From Hormiphora californensis (lineage: Eukaryota > Animalia > Ctenophora): a stretch of DNA of 64,000 bases. Below the pieces are notes generated by a model, which was given only the letters and a program-made list of their open reading frames with translations, searched no databases and was not told the origin of the DNA. The stretch is from positions 1,364,001 through 1,428,000 of the forward strand of contig CM035361.1 in NCBI GenBank assembly GCA_020137815.1. Direction: 5' to 3'. A program made the position numbers and the translations under genes. Below are positions 1-12,115 of the stretch, piece by piece. Within the stretch, counting starts at the first letter, position 1; every line of letters starts with the position of its first letter.

Positions 1-2192
1 CACTTCTATCCCTGTATGAATGAATACTGAATAGCATTGAATGAATAGCATTGAATAAATAGGACCGAATGAATAGTGCCGAATGAATAGTGCGGGATAG
101 ATTAGACAGAGACGGACAAATAGTGCTAGATAATGTTTAGGATTAGGCTACATAGTGTGGCATAATACCACACTATGCAAAAATCTAAGTGTGTTAGAAT
201 GCCATTCAAAAACCCTGGCAACTCCTAATTGATCCAAATTGAAACGCACTTGTTCAGTGAACAATGTTCATCCTATTCCTGGAATTGATCTAGCTACATT
301 TTACCCGGAATGTGTCCTTACTAATGCATACCAAAGAGCACTGACAAATTCTCCGTGGTCCTTCCTTACAAGATTTGTAAGGAAATAAACAGTAAGGAAA
401 TAAATAGTAAGGAAATAAATAGTAAGAGAAAAAACAGCCTGCCTTCTTCAAGCTGAACAAGAACAATATAACTTTAGTTATTATAGCGAAAGAACTGTGC
501 TTGACTGTGGTCTGACTTTGGTCGGGCTGTGTTTGTTCAACTAATATTGCACAAGTCCCAGAACTAGGCTGAATGTTTACTCAGCTAATTATCATCCATC
601 AATAGAAGTAGTAAGAAAGACTAATGCGGGGTTCACTATGTTTACTTTTCAGCGAGCTGACTCAGCATGTGGGCGGACTTTATATCCATAGAGTCCCCAC
701 ACTGACTCAGGCATATTGTCAAGCTGGAAAGGAGGACAAACTAAATCGCTTATATTGTGCCCATATTATGTAGACAGCAAACAATTAACCTGATTCTCTG
801 TCAACACTTCAACTAGCAGATACTACCATTTTGTATAATGAGCTGTAATTATCAGTTACCTGCCCATGCACTAGCTATCTGCAGAACACATAATAGACAT
901 GTCTGGTGCATTAATAGACACAGATATAGCTGACACTCAGAGGAAACTGGAGATTATAATAGTGACATATCTGCTGCACAGCTGCAGCACCTCTGCAGCA
1001 CAACGATTAGTACAAATAACAATATCATTGGGATATTTTTGATAATGATGCCCTGCACAAGTAGTCCTGATTTGACCTATACTGATATGACTATACAATT
1101 CAATTCTTGGAACTATAGATTTGTGTTGATTACAACAAGGTGCACGTGCTATATGTCTCGCCTCATGGAGTTGACCGCACTGTAACAGCTCAGCAGAGTG
1201 TGGAGATGATTGAGATACATTGCATCACCGTTCCGGAACAGAAGCTGTAACCATGGTTACGTGTGGTTCACCTCAAGAATTCTCGTAGATCGAAAAACGT
1301 TTTAATCCAACTATATATCCAAACCAAATAACAGTTCGTTCGAACAAAACTTTCAGCTCAAGGGAGACAAAGTAAGCAAGAGCGACTATTTAATAGCTTG
1401 AGAGAGCTGGTTCAGTTGTTACAATTTATAGCGCAAACTATTTGTCAAGAATGACCGTGTGTGAGTTTACCTTCCATACAAGGTTTTATGAAAATCTATA
1501 GATTTTAGCTCTTCCCCATTCTTTTTCAATTCATGATGATTAGATGAAATGGTATATTATACGGTCGAAATATTCGAAAGAATTAGCCTCTGAAATTAAA
1601 ACTTCGCCGCCACTTCCGCGTTTCCAATTAATTGAAGATTCATTTTCATACTTCGATTATCATTAGGTATGAATAAGTAATCAACTCGAATTTAAGTCCT
1701 TTATTATGCGGGACAAGTAACACGGTCATCAGCTCTGCAGATGTATCAGCGATACAATGGAATGTGGGGACAAATAAAAGTGGCAGCAGCAGCCCCAACA
1801 ACAAAAGAGAGCTATTTACTAGTTGTTAGCACCTGTTTATAAAAAACCGCGTTATAATTACCAGCTTTACCGCGACACGTTCGACAACATTAACAAATAT
1901 TTAGGGCGTAATTCCCTCGAATTAAAAACAGGGCTATACTGTTAATTGTGCCAAATATGTGTGACTCTGCAGTACAGCTGATGTAGCTATGAAGTTTGGT
2001 ATAAAGACAGGAGTCAGTGACGTTATTTGGTTGCTCCTCTAAGTTTCAGAAGCCATGGGTAACAAAGTTGTTGACAAAACAACGTTAAAGTGCGACTCTG
2101 CACAATGATATACCGCTATAACATGTATAAATGTTGAGGTGTCCGTCTACTATTGACAACTGAAAATCAGCTGAGGATTATTCTATCAGATA

Positions 2193-2353
2193 CAGTCGGA
2201 CCCCGATTTACCGGGATCCTCGGGGGAAGCCATTTTGCCCGGTAAATCGGGGTACTGGGCACCGTGCCCGGTATGTATATCGGGGTCAAATATTCCTATT
2301 TCGGGTATTATTCTCCCGGTATATCGGGGTTCCGGTAAATCGGGGTCCGACTG
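2193..2353. mobile_element. Tc1/pogo-type MITE (CAGTCGGACCCCGATTT family), copy 1
   Basis: TIR cagtcggaccccgatttaccgg / ccggtaaatcggggtccgactg. TA at 2191-2192 and CAG-TA on the right. The same TIR occurs at 8719, 43042 (one end only) and 48268. Confidence 0.85.
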
Positions 2354-3038
2354 CAGTACATCCTTCAGAAAGATGGATATGAAACAAATAAGGTTTCGAA
2401 ACTTTATGTTTAAAAGCCATATATCCAGAGCCTAGAGGTCTAACAAAAGTAAAATTACATTGTACACATTGCACTGCATTATGTGTGTGTAGGTACAAAG
2501 CGTCGCCACGTGAGCTTTTTACATTGTTTTCTCCGTCTCGTTAAGACCAGCAGCTGGCGAAAAGGAGCAGCAGCTGTTGTTGATGACATGACAATGAATT
2601 GGGGGGATCAGGGGGGGGGGCATCATTCTGTCAAAAACTATACCAGATCTATAACAATAACTGCTACTATAGTACTCAATATGATAATGATCATGATGAT
2701 TATCATATAATTAAGATAGTTATTATCCTGATTACACACACTATTGAAATATTCACATGATGATAATCATGAGATGTTTTTGCCAGTAATATTTCGTGCT
2801 TGGTTACACTTTAATTACTGCACTACTGGGTTATAATATGATCGCAAAAGGCAAGCTTCCCCTCGTCCGACCCGAAGTTGGAATTATAGGGGTTTAGTTT
2901 GTCGAACCGGCAAGTTGCTAACATATTTTAAATCTTCACTACTTCTCAAATGATCCCATACTTTCAGTCTAATCCCAAAATCCTATTAAAAATAGAGACA
3001 AAAATAACGGCACCAAACTGTGAAATGCCCTTGCATTA

Positions 3039-3432
3039 GGGTCACCACACACCAACGTTAAAATTAAAATTAAAATTCGACGTTTTTGGTCATAACTCTG
3101 CCATTTCTTGGTAAAATTGCTTCATTTTGGGCTGGTTGGAAAGAGGGCATTGAGCCCGTTCTGAACAGCTCAAGAAACTTGAAATCTGCGCAAAGTGCGC
3201 GGCGTTACAGTGCAAAATGTGTGCGTTAAAATTTTAAAATTTTAACGCACACATTTTGCACCGTAACGCCGCGCACTTTGCGCCGATTTCAAGTTTCTTG
3301 GGCTGTTCAGAACGGGCTCGATGCCCTCTTTCCAACCAGCCCAAAATGAAGCAATTTTACCAAGAAATGGCAGAGTTATGACCAAAAACGTCAAATTTTA
3401 ATTTTAATTTTAACTTTGGTGTGTGGTGACCC
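3039..3432. mobile_element. Spacerless palindromic MITE (394 bp)
   Basis: gggtcaccacacacc... / ...ggtgtgtggtgaccc. Arms pair to the centre at 3235/3236 with a few mismatches. TA on both sides. Confidence 0.85.
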
Positions 3433-4545
3433 TAAGTGCGAGTAGAATAAAATCAATTTTGTATCTCACCACGTTAATTAATCATTAATTAAATTAATGC
3501 TCTTATTTGTTTTAGAGGTGCTCAAATTTGATCTAAATGCCGAGTTTATAGCAAGAAAGGACTATTTTACAACGAATTCCCTGGTTACTATGGTAACCAA
3601 CTCCGTTGTCATGGTAAATTAATCGAACTCTATCGAGTTTATCGCCAGCAACTGGATGAAACTTTCACAAAGGCTCAAAGTTTGAATATCAAATTTGCCA
3701 AAACTGTGCAGGGGCAAAAGTTTTAATTGATTATTATTAATTTATTAATTAGAAAATCAAAAATCCGGCTCCGTTATGACTCGTAGTTATACTACTAGAA
3801 CATACATACACAGTTTCATTTCGAAAAAACAAACGGTTTGGCCACAGTTTGAATATCAAAGTTGCAAAAATTGTGCAGGGGCAAACAAAATTGTGCAGGG
3901 GCAAAAGTTTTAATTACTTATAATTAATTAATTAATTAAAAAATCAGAAATCCGGCTCTTTTATGACTCGTATAGTTATACCACTAGAACATGCATGCAA
4001 AGTCTCATTTCGAAATATCAAACGGTGTGGCCACAGTTCGAATATCAAATTTACCGAAAATGTGCAGGGGCAACATTTGCCGCAAATGTACAGGGGCAAA
4101 ATGTGCAGGGGCAAAATTTTAATTGCTTATAATTAATTGGATAATTAATTTTGACTATTCCCACTTTTTGTCGATCTTTCTATATGCATGAACTACATTA
4201 CTACAAAATGTTAGGTCGTTATTTATAGCAGAACAGAAAATATACCATTTTTAGTTGCCTTGTTCAGGAAATGTGGGGGGGTCGAAATCAGCGGTGCAGG
4301 GGAAAGATGGTGCAGGGGCAAAATTTTAATTACTTATAATTAATTAGTTAAATTAAAAATAAGAAATCCAGCCTTTTTATGACTCGTAGTTATACTACTA
4401 GAACATGCATACAAAGTTTCATTTCGAAAAAACAAACGGTTTGGCCACAGTTTGAATATCAAAATTGCAAAAAATGTGCAGGGGTATTTGCCCCTGTACA
4501 TTTTCAAAAAAAGTGCAGGGGGCCCTAAAAAAGTCCATTTTTGCA

Positions 4546-5617
4546 TACCTACACATACCAACCTCTATCTCAAGTACAACTCCTCTACTCCTGCCTCTAC
4601 ACGCCGCTCTGTTATCCAATCCTTAACCCGTCGGGCCTACAACATCTGTTCTCCCCAACATCTCGAAGAGGAACTCGACACAGTCTACAACATCTGTCTC
4701 TGCAATGGATTTCCTCCCTACGAGATCTCCACTCTGATGTCTACTGTTCGGGACCGCCTTCTACACCCCAAACCGTCAAAATCCCGTCCTCCTTCTTCCT
4801 TCGTCCACCGTGTAGTCCTACCCTATCACCCGGACCTCTCCTCTCGACTCAAACGGACCCTCAACCGCTACAACATAGACGTCACCTTCTCTTCCTCTTC
4901 TACCCTACGGAACATCCTCACCCAGACCAAATCTTCGCCTCCTTCTGATAGTACTCCCAACTCCATCTACTCCATTCCCTGCCGCGACTGCCCATCTTTC
5001 TACGTTGGCCAGACCAAGCGACCAGTGAAAACCCGGATTAAGGAACACGAATCAAACTTCTACAACAACTCTCTCTACAACACCGATGGGAAGATGAAAT
5101 CTGCTCCTGCTATCCACGCTCGGGAATCTGGACACACCATGGACTGGAATTCTACCTCTATCCTCTCCTCTTCTTCCTCCTGCCTCAGTCTAAATCTACT
5201 GGAACAAGCGGCTATTCACACTCTTCAACCGGCGATTAACCGAACAGATAAAGTTCCTACTGTCAACCTCCAATGGACTCACCTTCTCCCCAGGATTGCT
5301 AACTCCTTCAAACCCCGTCCTGCTGGCATCTCCATCAAACCTAGATCTCCCAAACCTGTTTCCTAATTCTCTTCAGCTCGGATCACCTCTTCTCCCTTCC
5401 CGTGGATCACCTCCCCCATCCCCTCCTCTCGGATCGCATCTTCCTTCTCGGATCTCATCCCTTCCTCTCTCCTCCCCTCCCCGGATCCCATATCCTCTTC
5501 TCCACTACATAAACACTTTCATTTTCATTGTTGTTATAGCTGAAGACGTCTGACATAGATCAGTCGAAAGCTCCTGTTCTTAATTGAATATTAGTACTGC
5601 AAAATCGTTGTTTCTCT
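4546..5617 (+). mobile_element. 5'-truncated Penelope-like retroelement (RT C-terminus, GIY-YIG endonuclease, 3' UTR)
   Basis: ORF to 5366 contains PTHTNLYL...VIQSLTRRAYNICS (PLE RT C-terminal region) and IYSIPCRDCPSFYVGQTKRPVKTRIKEH (GIY-YIG with CxxC). Composition shifts sharply to C-rich at about 4546. Confidence 0.9.
5536..5577 (+). ncRNA. Minimal type I hammerhead ribozyme at the PLE 3' end
   Basis: atag-CTGAAGA-c-gtctga catag a tcagtc-GAAA-gc-TC-ctgt. Core CUGANGA and GAAA, stem II ctga/tcag, palindromic AGCT stem III, stem I atag/ctgt. Predicted cut after C5573. Confidence 0.75.
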
Positions 5618-6852
5618 TTAATTGCCTATAACTAATTAATTAATTAATTTTCAATACTCCCACTTTTCGAATATCATTTTTTATGATTGAAGAACATTCC
5701 TACAAAGTTTCAAGTCAATATTTCAAGCAGAACGGAAGATAAACCGTGTGCAGGGGCACGCGTGCAGGGGCAAAAAATCAAAATGTACAGGGGCAATGTG
5801 CAGGGGCAAATTTTGATAGCTTATAATTAATTAATTAATTAAAAAATCAAAAATCCGGCCACGTTATGACACGTAGTTATACTACTAGAACATGCCTACA
5901 AAATTTCAGGTCGATATCTCAAACGATGTGGCCGCAATCGCTGCCTGAAATTTGCCCCCCCCCCCCCCCCCCCCCCCGAAAATCTTCTATTCTTTGTATA
6001 TATAGGGCCGTCACTTTTTGGATTTGGTGCAGGGGCAAAAATTTTTTTTTTCGTTTTTTCTGTTTTCTTCGGGTCGGAGGTGCCTGCCGGCACCTAAATG
6101 TGTGGATAATGTGTGAGATGGGTGGGATATACAAGTAACATAATATGAATCATGAGTGACGTCATATGTTGAGTGACGTCAGTAGAATTACTGCAACGTC
6201 GGTAAATCATTGCCGATAATTATGATGAAACTTGGCCATACTCATAATTTCAACAACAAAAAAGAAATTGACGCCAATCAAAAATTTTGAATACATGCAA
6301 AGCAAAAGCAAAGCAGGACGGCTAGGATAAATCCAGTGCCGGGGGTGCTGATATCCCTTTCAATGGCGTTTCAGCCACGGGTCTGTGCAAACATGCAAAC
6401 ATCAAATATGCTAACGAGCTTAATGGTATTTCATAAGTCCAATTTATTTCTGCATATTTCTGCATATCCATGTTAATGCAGGGAGGAGAACGTTATGTAC
6501 TGGGCAACAGGTGTAATAACACAACTTGAGAAACTCCAGAACCCCCCCCCCCCTCCAGAATCTAGATCGCTGGATTACTCAATAACAAAATCGATTATCG
6601 ACGAACAACTTCGAATACCAATGTTACTTCATTTGAGTCACTTTAGGAATTGTTCGAAGCAGATCAGACCATTTGCTGCAAAAGGCATCGCCTCGTACGA
6701 ACACATGCATGAAACGAAATACAGACTACAATTCTTTTAATATTCAGGCTCTTCAGAACCTACCAAGAGAGGACGAATAAATAATTTATAGTAGAGTACA
6801 AATTGAATATTCACTTCCCCAGATATATCGGGGTTCAATTTGTTAGGAAGAT

Positions 6853-6930
6853 GACCCATCCCACAGATATTTAAATAGCTAAGGAACCGCGATCTCGATT
6901 CCTTAGCTAGTTAACTCTGTGGGATTGGTC
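6853..6930. repeat. Short imperfect inverted repeat (degenerate MITE)
   Basis: gacccatcccacaga...tagctaaggaa / ttccttagcta...tctgtgggattggtc. Confidence 0.5.
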
Positions 6931-8081
6931 ACATTGAGACAAGTTGTATTTCCCCTGACGAGCTGCAGCAGCAGGCACTATTATTATAACTAGTGACTAA
7001 CGATCCTCATACTGCTGTACTATATGCAATGTGCCTTCGATAATTGCTCAAATGCTACAGAATTGATAGATGATCAAAAAAGTACTATTTTATAGTTTTT
7101 AAAACAAAATGCAAAGACCTGAATGTTGATATCTAATGTTTTGAGAAAATAATAGTTGCAGCAGTCACCAGGTTGAACCTACCACAGAAGAGTACTACAG
7201 CTGTAGGAGAAATGAGACGCTCGAGCGTCCTGTACATCACCAGGTTTAACAAAAGAGTACTAGTGAGCTACAGCTGTAGGACTCCTACTAGGAGAAATGA
7301 GACGCTCGGCGGCAGCTCTATATAACGTGATGACATGTGGTTTTAGAGTGCTGTGTGTGTCTTTTGAGTGTCTGGAAAAGCAAGAAATGAAGCAGAAGAA
7401 CAAGGTGAAGAAGGAGAGAGCAGACAAATGTGATGAAATTTCCAGTTGGAAATTTGATATTAAACAAAGGTCTGCAAGCAAACAGAAAACTAAATTGAAG
7501 CCGCCAATCAAGGTCCAACATTTATATTGCGAACCACCATTTAGAATAAAGATGAAATTCAAAAATAAATTATGAAATATGATCTGTGCACTACTGCTGC
7601 TCATCATCTCCAAATCAGAGAGTGAAGCTGTGATGATGGCCGATGCAGCAGGCTCTCTCTCCATAATTATCACTAGCCCCGGACTGCATCTGCTGCTACT
7701 GCTGCAAAGGGACAGCTGCTACTTTCAGTTCGCTCATGTCTCTCTTCTACTTTCCCTTTTTGTCTTTCTCCCTACATTATATCGGTCATGGGTTGTATGG
7801 CAGCCATGATACCCCATTTGATTCTCAGACCTCAGTGCGCTCAGATGGGGTATAAGCGGTGCCAGACAGGCCATGGGTAGCATCCATCTTCTATATAGGC
7901 CTACCTCAGAGAATGGGCTGTCTTCATTCACGATATTTTCTTTTCTACTTTTTCTCACCTATCTTATACCTCTTTGTATCTATCACGTTTCAAAACAATA
8001 TCGGCACATCAAATAAAATACTCAGAGAGGAGAATGAATCCCGGTGCACTCACCTCATGTGACCAGTGGATCTCTTCTCAG

Positions 8082-8190
8082 CAGGAACCGACCGAAACAA
8101 GTAAACAACCAATCAGAACTCGTTATTTAGGTCACGTGACTGGTTATCAGCCAATCAGGGACCAGTATTTCCTTATTCGGTCGGCTCCTG
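8082..8190. mobile_element. 109-bp hAT-like MITE (CAGGAACCGACCGAA family), copy 1
   Basis: TIR caggaaccgaccgaa / ttcggtcggctcctg. Near-identical copy at 62113-62221. Flanked by duplicated cagtggatctcttctcag. Confidence 0.85.
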
Positions 8191-8296
8191 CAGTTCTCAG
8201 TGGATCTCTTCTCAGTGATGAATAGTGTGATTTGAACAATGACTAAAATAGAGCTCTGATTGTGAAGAGATAGCCAATCCTATCACTTATCATCTT

Positions 8297-8297
8297 T

Positions 8298-8353
<56 letters not shown>

Positions 8354-8369
8354 TCTCTCTCTCTTCTCG

Positions 8370-8434
<65 letters not shown>

Positions 8435-8452
8435 CTCTCTCTTTCTCTCTTT
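8297..8452. repeat. (CT)n microsatellite
   Basis: Read directly. Similar tracts at 9667-9723, 27585-27690, 38310-38374 and 55080-55185. Confidence 0.95.
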
Positions 8453-8718
8453 CTTCCTTCTCAGTGTGTCATAACAAGATTAGGTATAGAGAGAATGGGA
8501 GTTCATAGTGATTTACCAAGGAAAGTCTTCTCAAGATACACTGCATCTCACAAGATATGATCTGAGTGAGCTACAGCAGCTGAATGCTGAGTTTCAATCG
8601 GATCTCGAATAAACACAGCTGAAACTGATTACCGGCTGCCGGGGGCTATAATAACGCGAGATAGGATCACCACGAGAGATAGGATCCATGTACGCGAGAC
8701 AAATATATAGTACTACTG

Positions 8719-8823
8719 CAGTCGGACCCCGATTTACCGGGCCCCGATATACCGGGCACCCCGATTTACCGGGCAAAACCGTACCCTTTCCCCCGAGCAT
8801 CCCGGTAAATGGGGGTCCGACTG
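8719..8823. mobile_element. Tc1/pogo-type MITE (CAGTCGGACCCC family), copy 2, opposite orientation
   Basis: Same TIR as 2193-2353. TA at 8824-8825 and TA-CTG at 8714-8718. Confidence 0.85.
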
Positions 8824-9244
8824 TAGTATAAAGCAACCCAACAAAAGTATTACGCGTGGCAACTAAAGTTTCCAAGAAGATATTATAGCGTCATAATGAT
8901 AATGACGCCATGCTCTATATATTAATCATGTAATAACCAAGCAGCTCTCTCGAACAAACCTACTTCAATCCCATGTGTGGGTGGTATCTGTTACCATGAC
9001 AATGCATGTGTAAATGTGAAGATCAATACTATTTAGTGGGGCGTGGTAGTAGTGCTTGTAAACAGGCACCTTAAAAGGTGGTTTTGTAGATGTTTTTTAA
9101 AGTATAAAAATAGTTTTTATTGCTTGGATTATTAAAAAAAGATTCATGATTATAATCAGCTAGCTATTTACAATTACCAAACTGAAATCTTTCCCTACCA
9201 GTTCGTAGCTACTGGATTCTGGGAAACTACAAAAGAAGAAGACA

Positions 9245-9375
9245 AATAATAGCAGCTTGATCTAGGAGTATTCTTGTTATGTTCTATAAACCCTCCCTTT
9301 ACAATTTCGTGGGTGGGGCGCACGAAACAGGGTCTAGCTAGGCAAGAATATTCTTAGCTCAAGCTGCTATTATTT
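9245..9375. mobile_element. Degenerate MITE / inverted repeat
   Basis: aaataatagcagcttga...tattcttg / caagaata...tcaagctgctattattt. Confidence 0.55.
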
Positions 9376-9664
9376 TGAAATTCAAGGGATCAAGGCATCA
9401 CTCCTGCAGCTAATTCCCTGGAAATAACGGGAAGCTGTGACAAATATAGTGATCCTTTAACTCTTGTCTTGTAACAAGGCAAGAGTTTAAGGATGTTCGA
9501 TCCTCTCTCTCTCTTAGAACATGTAACAGCCTTGAACTATATATCGATTTAAGGAACCCCGAGGCACACGACAAATATCACACACCGCCAGGCACACATT
9601 GGAGACAGGTAGCTACGGCCGGCATCTAGTGTACAAGTTCACAGATCACAGTGAGAGAAAGAGG

Positions 9665-9726
<62 letters not shown>

Positions 9727-10345
9727 GTTGGTGATCAGTAATCAAGTTTAGAGTGACTGCAGGAGGAAGATCTCACGATAGGATAGGAACACATAGAGTC
9801 CAAAACTGAATATTCCGACCAGTGAGCTGTATATAAGTGGTTGAACTCTGGAATTCTAGACAAATGAAAACTCAAAACTTAACCGGAGTTTTGTTTCCTA
9901 CACGATTGAACGAAAGAAAAGATCTGAGTTACTTCTGCTACCGACATCATTCCATTGGATCTGACTATGACATCGTAGCTACTCAAAAGTGGTCTACCCC
10001 TAAATTTTAGTTACATTCGGAGACGGAGAATTCATAGCCGATCTCAGATATCCACCCGGGATGTTTTTTCCTATAATACTGCCCAGTGATATGAAAGATT
10101 TGTAAAATGACTTGCTGTTTATTATGTTGAAAAACACACAAGTAAGATTAATATTTGGAAAATTAAAATAAGCTGTGTAATTACAATCTACAAGTTCAAT
10201 TAAAATTTTCACAATCTTATCTTCGACACTCGGAAAATAAGACTCAAAAAACTTCTGGTACCAATCTTTATAGGTAAAAAACTAATTAAATTCCAAAACC
10301 AAAGTTATAATAGGTTACCATGGTAACTATAGCAACTTGCATCGT

Positions 10346-11137
10346 TCATAAGCCGTGGCTACCGTGCTTGCTGGCATGGCTGGCGGATTTGCTGTTACCT
10401 TGGTTGCCAACTCCAAGGTTGTTACCATGGTTACTACTTCCCTGTCCAGCGTTGATTCCAAAGTTACTGTGATGGGTTTTACCGGAGTTTCGCTTACTGC
10501 TCGACATGTTGTGACCCCTGCCGCTACTCCTTCCCCTGCTCATGCTCCTTCCCCTGCCACTACTCCTTCCTCTACTCATGCTCCTTCCCCTGCTCATACT
10601 CCTTCCCCTGCTTGATCCCCTGCCTCCTTGACTGTTCCTACCAGAGCTTCTCCCCGAAGACATGCCATGTCCAGAGTTTGATCCACGGGTGTTCCCAGCC
10701 TGGATGACACTATTCATGTTGCTACCGTGGGAGCTACTCATTTTCTTGGAGCTGCTACCAACCATACTCGACCCACGGGAGCTAACAACGTTATTCTTGT
10801 GTTGGTTGCTACCTTGGTTACCTTGGTAACCATAGTTACCACTTGGGTTGTTTGCACCTTGCTGACTATTAGCCTCCTTCACCCCCTGAGTAGGTACTTC
10901 ACCAACACCCTGGTGGGGTTTCAAGTGGACCACTGAGGGGACTCCTTTGGATCCAGATTTGTGGACTACCCTCATCTCCGGACTCCCCTCGGAAGGCTCA
11001 TCACCGCTCATATGGTCCTGGGGGTCCGGGAAGTCTATCTTGGGATTCTTGTAGTTCTCCAGGTGGGCCCACCAGGCTGTATCATTGGATGCAGCGGCTA
11101 CTGCAACCAGCACGAGGATAGCAAGGAGGACACGCAT
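10346..11137 (-). CDS. Secreted low-complexity Gly/Ser/Arg/Asn/His-rich protein (263 aa, single exon)
   Basis: Signal peptide MRVLLAILVLVAVAAAS, uninterrupted ORF, tandem GRSMSR/GRSSGR repeats whose codons vary, no Cys. Confidence 0.85.
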   Translation of the reverse strand: MRVLLAILVLVAVAAASNDTAWWAHLENYKNPKIDFPDPQDHMSGDEPSEGSPEMRVVHKSGSKGVPSVVHLKPHQGVGEVPTQGVKEANSQQGANNPSGNYGYQGNQGSNQHKNNVVSSRGSSMVGSSSKKMSSSHGSNMNSVIQAGNTRGSNSGHGMSSGRSSGRNSQGGRGSSRGRSMSRGRSMSRGRSSGRGRSMSRGRSSGRGHNMSSSKRNSGKTHHSNFGINAGQGSSNHGNNLGVGNQGNSKSASHASKHGSHGL

Positions 11138-12115
11138 TGTGATTGTAGAGAGACAAGACTGAGGGATATATCTAGGACACGATCACTGAGGGATATCTAT
11201 AAGCTGGTGTAATGATTTATTAAGGCCGCATATATCAATTGAGGCCGTGTATGCTGTAAATGTAGGTTATCTCTCTCTGTTATAGGGAGTATATGGGACA
11301 CATTTTACTCATTATTCAGCATGCTTATATCCAACTCAATATAACATGCCCTGGATGATCCAGCTGCCCACGCACCATAGCAAAGAGGAGGGATATCAAG
11401 TATAACCTTAATAGATACAGTACGTGACAAAAAGCTTTTAGTCAATGAGCTGTACCACACGAATAGGCCTCATGTTGGGCACAATGTACTGGACCACATT
11501 CAGATCGGTTCGCAGAGGGCAGTCAGCGACAATACCTTCCTTGATTAGCCTTGCTCGACCCGGCCCTGTTTCACCGAGCCCCGCACGGCGAAACAAATGG
11601 AGGGTTAGAACATAACAATCCTTGATTGGGTTCAGCATAACTCACAAGATACATATGTGGGAGCTACTAATCATGATATTAGAGGACAATTACTAAATTA
11701 AAAACACATGATTTTGCAAGATCTTTGAACTCAAAATATACACAGAACACAATCTAAATAATAGTCTTCTTATAGCTCTAATATAAGTTGCTAAAAATCC
11801 TCAAATCAAAACCTAGTCGTCCTCAGAAAATGTCCAAGTAGGGTCTTATCACTTTTCTAAATGTTAGTGAACTAGGTTAAACTTGAGGATTCTTATAGAT
11901 AATGATATGATCTATGAAATTGTAATATATTCAATAATTTAATACACATTAATTATGTTGCTATATAAAGAGAACTCTAATTAATTTATATAACAGCTCT
12001 ATGAATAGCTTGATATATCAATTTTATATAGCTGTTAGCAGATAAAGTTATAAGAACATTTGATGAATCACATATATCATCTATGCTATCATGAATAACA
12101 CCAATATATACTCTA

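Larger units (their letters stand above)
2850..6097. mobile_element. Putative Helentron/HINE-like non-autonomous element with internal tandem repeats; hosts two nested insertions
   Basis: 12-bp subterminal inverted repeat tccgacccgaag (2866-2877) / cttcgggtcgga (6067-6078), followed by stem-loop aggtgcc-tgcc-ggcacct (6078-6095). Internal ~160-190 bp units (gtgcaggggcaaaa...gttatgactcgtagttatactactagaacatgc) at about 3680-4470 and 5790-5950. Outer ends are approximate. Confidence 0.5.

Noticed and set aside
4452-4545. N-terminus of the 304-aa ORF
   Set aside because: The TTG start and first ~31 codons come from the flanking tandem repeat. The PLE is 5'-truncated.
7260-8062. Short Lys-rich and hydrophobic ORFs
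   Set aside because: No recognisable domain and no consistent exon chain; possibly a decayed TE.
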